DNA of 49,681 nucleotides from Prasinococcaceae sp. CCMP 1430 (taxonomy: Eukaryota; Plantae; Prasinodermophyta), in the NCBI GenBank assembly GCA_013416795.1, contig RQSC01001108.1:1-49681 (forward strand). Reading direction: 5' to 3'. The position numbers and the translations under genes are program-made. Shown piece after piece: positions 45,304 to 49,681 of the stretch. The notes beneath the pieces are model-generated. The model saw only the letters and a list, made by a program, of their open reading frames with translations. It ran no database searches and was not told the origin of the DNA. Every line of letters begins with the position of its first letter. Position 1 is the stretch's first letter.

Positions 45304-45620
45304 TCAGATCTCCTTTCGTTTCATGCCGCAACTACTACAGTGGCCTCTATTGGCACACCACACTTCCGCCAGCCGATTGCCTTTGGCCCCCTGCACGGCA
45401 GGGGGGGGGGGCGAGTCCACGGCGGAAGAGACCTTCTTCAGCATCTGGCGCGGGTGGGGCGGCTCGCGGAGGGCGAGCTGCTTCCCCGCCTCACAGGGCT
45501 TGCACATTCATACACCTACCCATGCCACCCACCGCCGTGGCAGGGCTGCACCGGACCACTCCGCCGATGCCACGCGATGGCGGGCAGCGGCGAAAACGAC
45601 TACAATAACTCGCGGCGACG
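45304..45620 (-). mobile_element. Degenerate Ty1/Copia GAG-pre-integrase/integrase N-terminal fragment
   Basis: AVGGM...(frameshift)...CKPCEAGKQ...LKKVSSAVDSPPPP resembles the Copia CxxC-xx-GKQ and LELVHSDVCGP motifs. The region has lower GC3 than host genes. Confidence 0.4.
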
Positions 45621-46171
45621 CGAAGGCAGCTCTGCACAGTGTTGGCTACTCCGTGTAATGATCTAGACCTTTGACCGGAAGACGGCCTCGAGAGGCTCCA
45701 GCACGCAAGCTCGCGCTCGCAGCGACTCGGGGCTTGAGGCACAGGTGGCACTCGCGCCCGCAACGGTGGCCCGGGTGGCGTTTCGCTCAGACGATGTTCT
45801 TACATACTAGTGGAGGTTTCTCACCTCACCGCATGATGCTATCCTTAGTGGTTGTTTGGTGCCACGTACGTCTCTACTACGTTTCGAAATGTGCCGTGAG
45901 TCAGGGTGCAGAGCCTCTTCTTCGCTCGATCGATCGGCCGAGTGGTCGCTCGACGATCGCTTCGTGCACGTGGCTGCCCTCGTCTCGAAGTGCGCGCGGG
46001 CGCGTGTGCCGTGTGCCCCGTCCACGCAGCTGGCCTCTCAACGTCTCCGCGCCAGCTCGTCTTGGGTCCCAAGGTGTCGATGTCGTTCTGCTTGAATACA
46101 CTGTTGTACAACTGCGAGTTCTGTCTATGGTGCCAAAGGGCAGGCGCATTGGGGGACGGCTCCCACCGCCC

Positions 46172-46501
46172 TCACTCGCCCACCGTGCTCCACTCCCAGC
46201 CCGTCTGCGCGGCCGTCTGTGTGGGTCGCTCGGTGCGCACGTCGAAGCCCCACCTCGCCGCGAAGCGCTCGGCCTCCTCGGCCTCCGCGGCACCGAAGAA
46301 CTCGTCGAGCTCGGCCTGCGTGGGCCCGCGCCCGAACAGGGGGCGCGCGACGTGCCGCACGGGCTTGGGCGAGGGCGCGACCGTGCGCCCCAGCCGCACG
46401 TGCAAGGCCGGCAACGCCGGCAGCACTGGCGGCTGCGCTGGCGCCGCGCCGCGCCGCGCCGCGGCGGCAACTGCGGCCGCCTCCAGCTCCGCGTCCGGCT
46501 G
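46172..46501 (-). CDS. KRP: KIP-related CDK inhibitor (KRP/ICK), last exon; 5' exon uncertain (ATG 46588, or exon 47468..47334)
   Basis: PTQAELDEFFGAAEAEEAERFAARWGFDVRTERP...GWEW is the CDI domain pattern. A ctgac branch point, pyrimidine tract and ccgcAG acceptor lie at 46502. Confidence 0.85.
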   Translation of the reverse strand, partial: QPDAELEAAAVAAAARRGAAPAQPPVLPALPALHVRLGRTVAPSPKPVRHVARPLFGRGPTQAELDEFFGAAEAEEAERFAARWGFDVRTERPTQTAAQTGWEWSTVGE

Positions 46502-47741
46502 CTGCGGGAAGGACAAGGGGGTGAAGGTGTGGGGGGAGGGGCCGCATGGGCGAGTCAGCTCCTTCGCATCGGCACGCCGCCCGTCCATCGCATCCTCTCT
46601 CTCTCTTTCCCTCCCTACTCCTGCCCCTGACCCCCCCGTCCCTCGCCGCCCTCGCTCGCGTTCCTCGGCCGCGCGCGCGCGCCGAAACCCGCGTCCGCGA
46701 AAGCGCCGCGGTGCGCGGCCGGAAACGCCGCTGCGGGCGGCCCGAACGGTTTAGGGTATACATCGCGCGTGGGAGCGGAGCGCCCCGCGGTATTTCGATA
46801 AAATGCCTCGAATGTCACGCAAGAAGAAACCCTCCTCTTGAAGACTTCCTCACGATCCATCGCATGCGTCGCTCTAATTCACGTACCAACGGGAGACTCA
46901 GAGTATGCATAGTCATTGGTTGGTTCGTCGGCGCGCTGCGTTGCGTTGCGTTGCGTTGCGGAACGAACGAACGAGCATCCGTCTGTCCGTGTTTGATTGA
47001 ATAATGATTGATTGACGCCGGCCGCGCAACAGCCAGGCGGTCGGGCGCGTGCCCCCGCCCACTCCCATGCCCCTGTCGAACATCCCGCGGCGCGCGCGCG
47101 CGCGCGCGCGGCGCGCGCGCGTCCCGTTTCGGATGCGTTTCGGGGTCGGACGCGGGCGCGGATCCGCCGCGCGAATTCGCGGCCGCGCAAATCGCCAGGA
47201 TCGCGATCCCCTGGCTGCGCGCTCTGCGCGCGACACCGGCCGCGCAACGCGCGCCGCATCTCGGCCGCAGCCCCGAATTCATCAGAGCCCCGAATTCGTA
47301 CCATCGGTACGACACCGCGGCCGCGCAATTCACCCCTCGCTGCGGGTGGGCGCCCCTGTCAGCATTGGCGTCTCCGGCCACGCGCGGTTGCGCGGCTGCG
47401 AGCGCGCAGGCCCGCGGCGCCTGCGGCGGCCTGGCAGCATTACGCGGCCCGAAAGGCGTGCGCCGCATGCGGGCAAACCTCGGCCGTGCAGTCGCGCGGG
47501 TGCGGCCCCGCGGCATTGCCCGCATGCGACCGTTTCCGCGGTCCGAAACGGTTCGAAAAAGCCGCGCGCAGGTACGCGCTGTCTGCGCAGCGTATGCGTG
47601 CTGCTTGGGGGTTGGGGGGGAGGGAGGGGGGAAGAGGGCCGAGCGCGCGCCGTGTGGCGGGCGCGCCCCGCAGGGGGGAGGGGCGTCGTCGCAGATAGTG
47701 CGCCAGCGCCGGCAAGATCTGGATAAGGACAGCTTTGTACA

Positions 47742-48692
47742 TTAACCCTACCCCTAAAATGGACACCGTGCACCTAACCCTAACCACTGCGCAAAATGCA
47801 ACATGGGCGGTGGGGCTGTTGGGAAGGTGGCCCGGAGCATGGTGTGGCGCACGGAGGGGCCTCTGCGGGAAAAGCGCCCCGGCAGCGCGCAGCGGCACAC
47901 CCAGAAAAGCGACCATGGCGCACGGCGCGCACGCTTTCAGCGTCGCGCAAGCACGCTGCAGACCACCATGACGGCGGTGCCCCGGTGGATCGCGGCTCTA
48001 GCGTGCGCGTGAAACTATTCTTTGCGGACAGGGAGACGCGCCGGCCCGCACGTCTGTAGCACCGAGGAGGAGGCCAAGCAGGCCATTGCCACAACCATGG
48101 AGCTCCTGAACATTGGCCGCGCCATGCCTAGCATGGAAGTGGAGGACATAGAACCAACACTCAAGGCATGCGCGAGCGTGGAAGGCCAACTGCATGTAAA
48201 AGCTGTATTGAAGGAGCCAGCTCTCAATGCGCTCGAGCACACGCGGCAGCGGGCGCTGTCGTACATGGAATTAGTATTATTTGATCATGCACACGGGCCC
48301 CCAGTCGAACCCAGTACAGTTGCGGTGCCAGCGGGATGTGTGCGGGTGGGCGACCGGGGGGGGCGGACAGATTTGTGGGAGAGGCGGTCGCAGCTCAACG
48401 TGCAGCGCTGGCCATACAAGACGTGCCACGCGCCGGCGCCTAGCAGGGCCAGGGTCGATAACGATGCGCTCACTGAGGCCGCCGAAGCACACCTGTCAAC
48501 AAAATGGCGCCGGGTGCTCGCGTCTGCGGCCGTGAAGTCGCGCGATGGGCTCGCGGTGGCGCTGGGCCGCCTAGTGCCCACCAAGAATGAGGCCAATGCT
48601 AAGCTGGCGGAGTGTATCTAGCGGTGGGTGCACGAGTGCAACACGAACACGAGTATGGGAATTGCGAGTTCCGCTCACCGCGAGGAGCCTTC
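47742..48692 (+). mobile_element. Putative foreign or TE-derived segment with an orphan ~200-aa ORF (48022..48621)
   Basis: Codon usage is atypical (many A/T-ending codons) and there are no introns. The segment starts with TTAACCCT and telomere-like CCTAACCCTAACC, and ends with a 17-mer shared with the DIRS-adjacent region. Confidence 0.35.
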
Positions 48693-49194
48693 CGTTCCGA
48701 TTCGCGCCGCGACATCCGCCCGTACCATCTGGACTCCACTCGGATGCTGCGAACAGCATTGGGATTCAACAACCCCTTCGATTTGATGGGGGGCGAACGC
48801 GCCCCATCCGAAACATGTGGCTCGCGCGCCCGCGGCGGCTGCGCGCGCCACGCGCGCGCCACGCGCGCGCTGTGCTCCCCCTCCCCCCTACACACACAGA
48901 CACACACACACACACACACTGCCTTCTCTCTGTCTCGCCGCGTCGCGTCGGCGCGCCACACCTTCACCTCGCTGCGCGCCGCCTGCCCGGCCCTCACCTC
49001 CCCAAGCACGATGGCCGTGCGCGCGATGTCGATGTCGGCGTCGGTGTCGACGCCGGGGGCGGCGCGGCGCGCGCGCGCCTCGGCGCNNNNNNNNNNNNNN
49101 NNNNNNNNNNNNNNNNNNNNNNNNNNNNNNNNNNNNNNNNNNNNNNNNNNNNNNNNNNNNNNNNNNNNNNNNNNNNNNNNNNNNNNNNNNNNNN

Positions 49195-49345
49195 CGGCTG
49201 ACGTAGTTGCAGATGAAGACGAAGCGCGTCACGCGCGAGTACGCCTCCATCGTGCGGCGCAGCGCGTTCTGCGCGTCCTCGGTCATCGAGTCGGCCTCGT
49301 CGAGGATGAGCAGCTTGTACGGCGGCGAGGGGTAGCCCGGCGCAG
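49195..49345 (-). CDS. RFC4: Internal exon of replication factor C small subunit (RFC4/Rfc2 type)
   Basis: [47 protein letters not shown] contains the Walker B and sensor region. Confidence 0.88.
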
Positions 49346-49431
49346 CAGGAGGTCGCGCTCGTGGCACGGACGCCCACCGGGCCCCGCGCGGCGCGCGACC
49401 TTGCGGTCGCGCCACAGCTGTCGCCCCGCAC

Positions 49432-49681
49432 CTTGACCGCGGCGAAGAAGTCCTTGAAGTCGGGGTGGTCCTTGAGCTCCTCGGCGAGCCCTGCCATCAT
49501 CTCCTGCTGCGCGCGCGCGGCCGCCTGCATCTCGGGGCTCTGCATCATCTCCTCGTACCTCTTGGCCTGCTCCTGCATCTGCTTGGCGAACTCGGGGTCG
49601 TCCTTCATGCGCTGCTGCAGCTCGGCGGGCGACATCCCGCCGCCGAGGGGCGCGCCGCCCGGCGCGCCCGCGCCGCCCGCG
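49432..49681 (-). CDS. Exon of an STI1-like/AKR2-type protein (partial)
   Basis: [16 protein letters not shown]...EMMQSPEM...[15 protein letters not shown]|GTGCGG shows DP-type repeats like those upstream of the ankyrin domain in AKR2-like proteins. Confidence 0.5.

Noticed and set aside
47742-47760. TTAACCCT considered as a piggyBac left end
   Set aside because: No matching inverted terminus or transposase motif was found downstream.
1-49681. tRNA, rRNA or snRNA genes
   Set aside because: No cloverleaf or recognisable structural RNA sequence was seen by eye; tRNAscan-SE or Infernal would be needed to exclude them.

Overview
This is eukaryotic nuclear DNA, not prokaryotic. It is very GC-rich and gene-dense, with short GT-AG introns full of (CA)/(GT)/(GC) microsatellites and TGTAA polyadenylation signals after several stop codons. 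Green-lineage marker genes are present (STN8 thylakoid kinase, Rubisco-activase-like AAA+, KRP CDK inhibitor, OEP24-like envelope porin), so I infer a prasinophyte-grade green alga. It is a draft scaffold with six N-gaps and isolated N bases. About 25 spliced genes or gene fragments can be reconstructed by hand. In order they are: an SFI1-like protein, a SET7/9-Rossmann methyltransferase fusion, a GT34 glycosyltransferase, STEEP1-DUF167, a CNBD K+ channel, lipin, an mTERF-like protein, STN8, CCDC12, TauE, a zinc-knuckle fragment, CHMP1, NOC4, CysRS, NOP16, an OEP24-like protein, JmjC plus SET remnant, RCA-like plus rhodanese, DCC1, GCP3, CKS1, a coiled-coil/WD40 PALB2-like protein, KRP, RFC4 and an AKR2-like protein. 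TE relics are a DIRS (methyltransferase plus tyrosine recombinase) fragment interrupted by a piggyBac cysteine-rich-domain piece, and a degenerate Copia fragment. The most interesting items are the dual-methyltransferase fusion, the PALB2-like protein within a run of cell-cycle/replication genes, the JmjC-SET and RCA-rhodanese fusions, and several genes whose 5' halves are abruptly missing. Misassembly is the leading explanation for those missing halves, but split or rearranged genes cannot be excluded. All family calls come from recognising motifs by eye; no database search was run.
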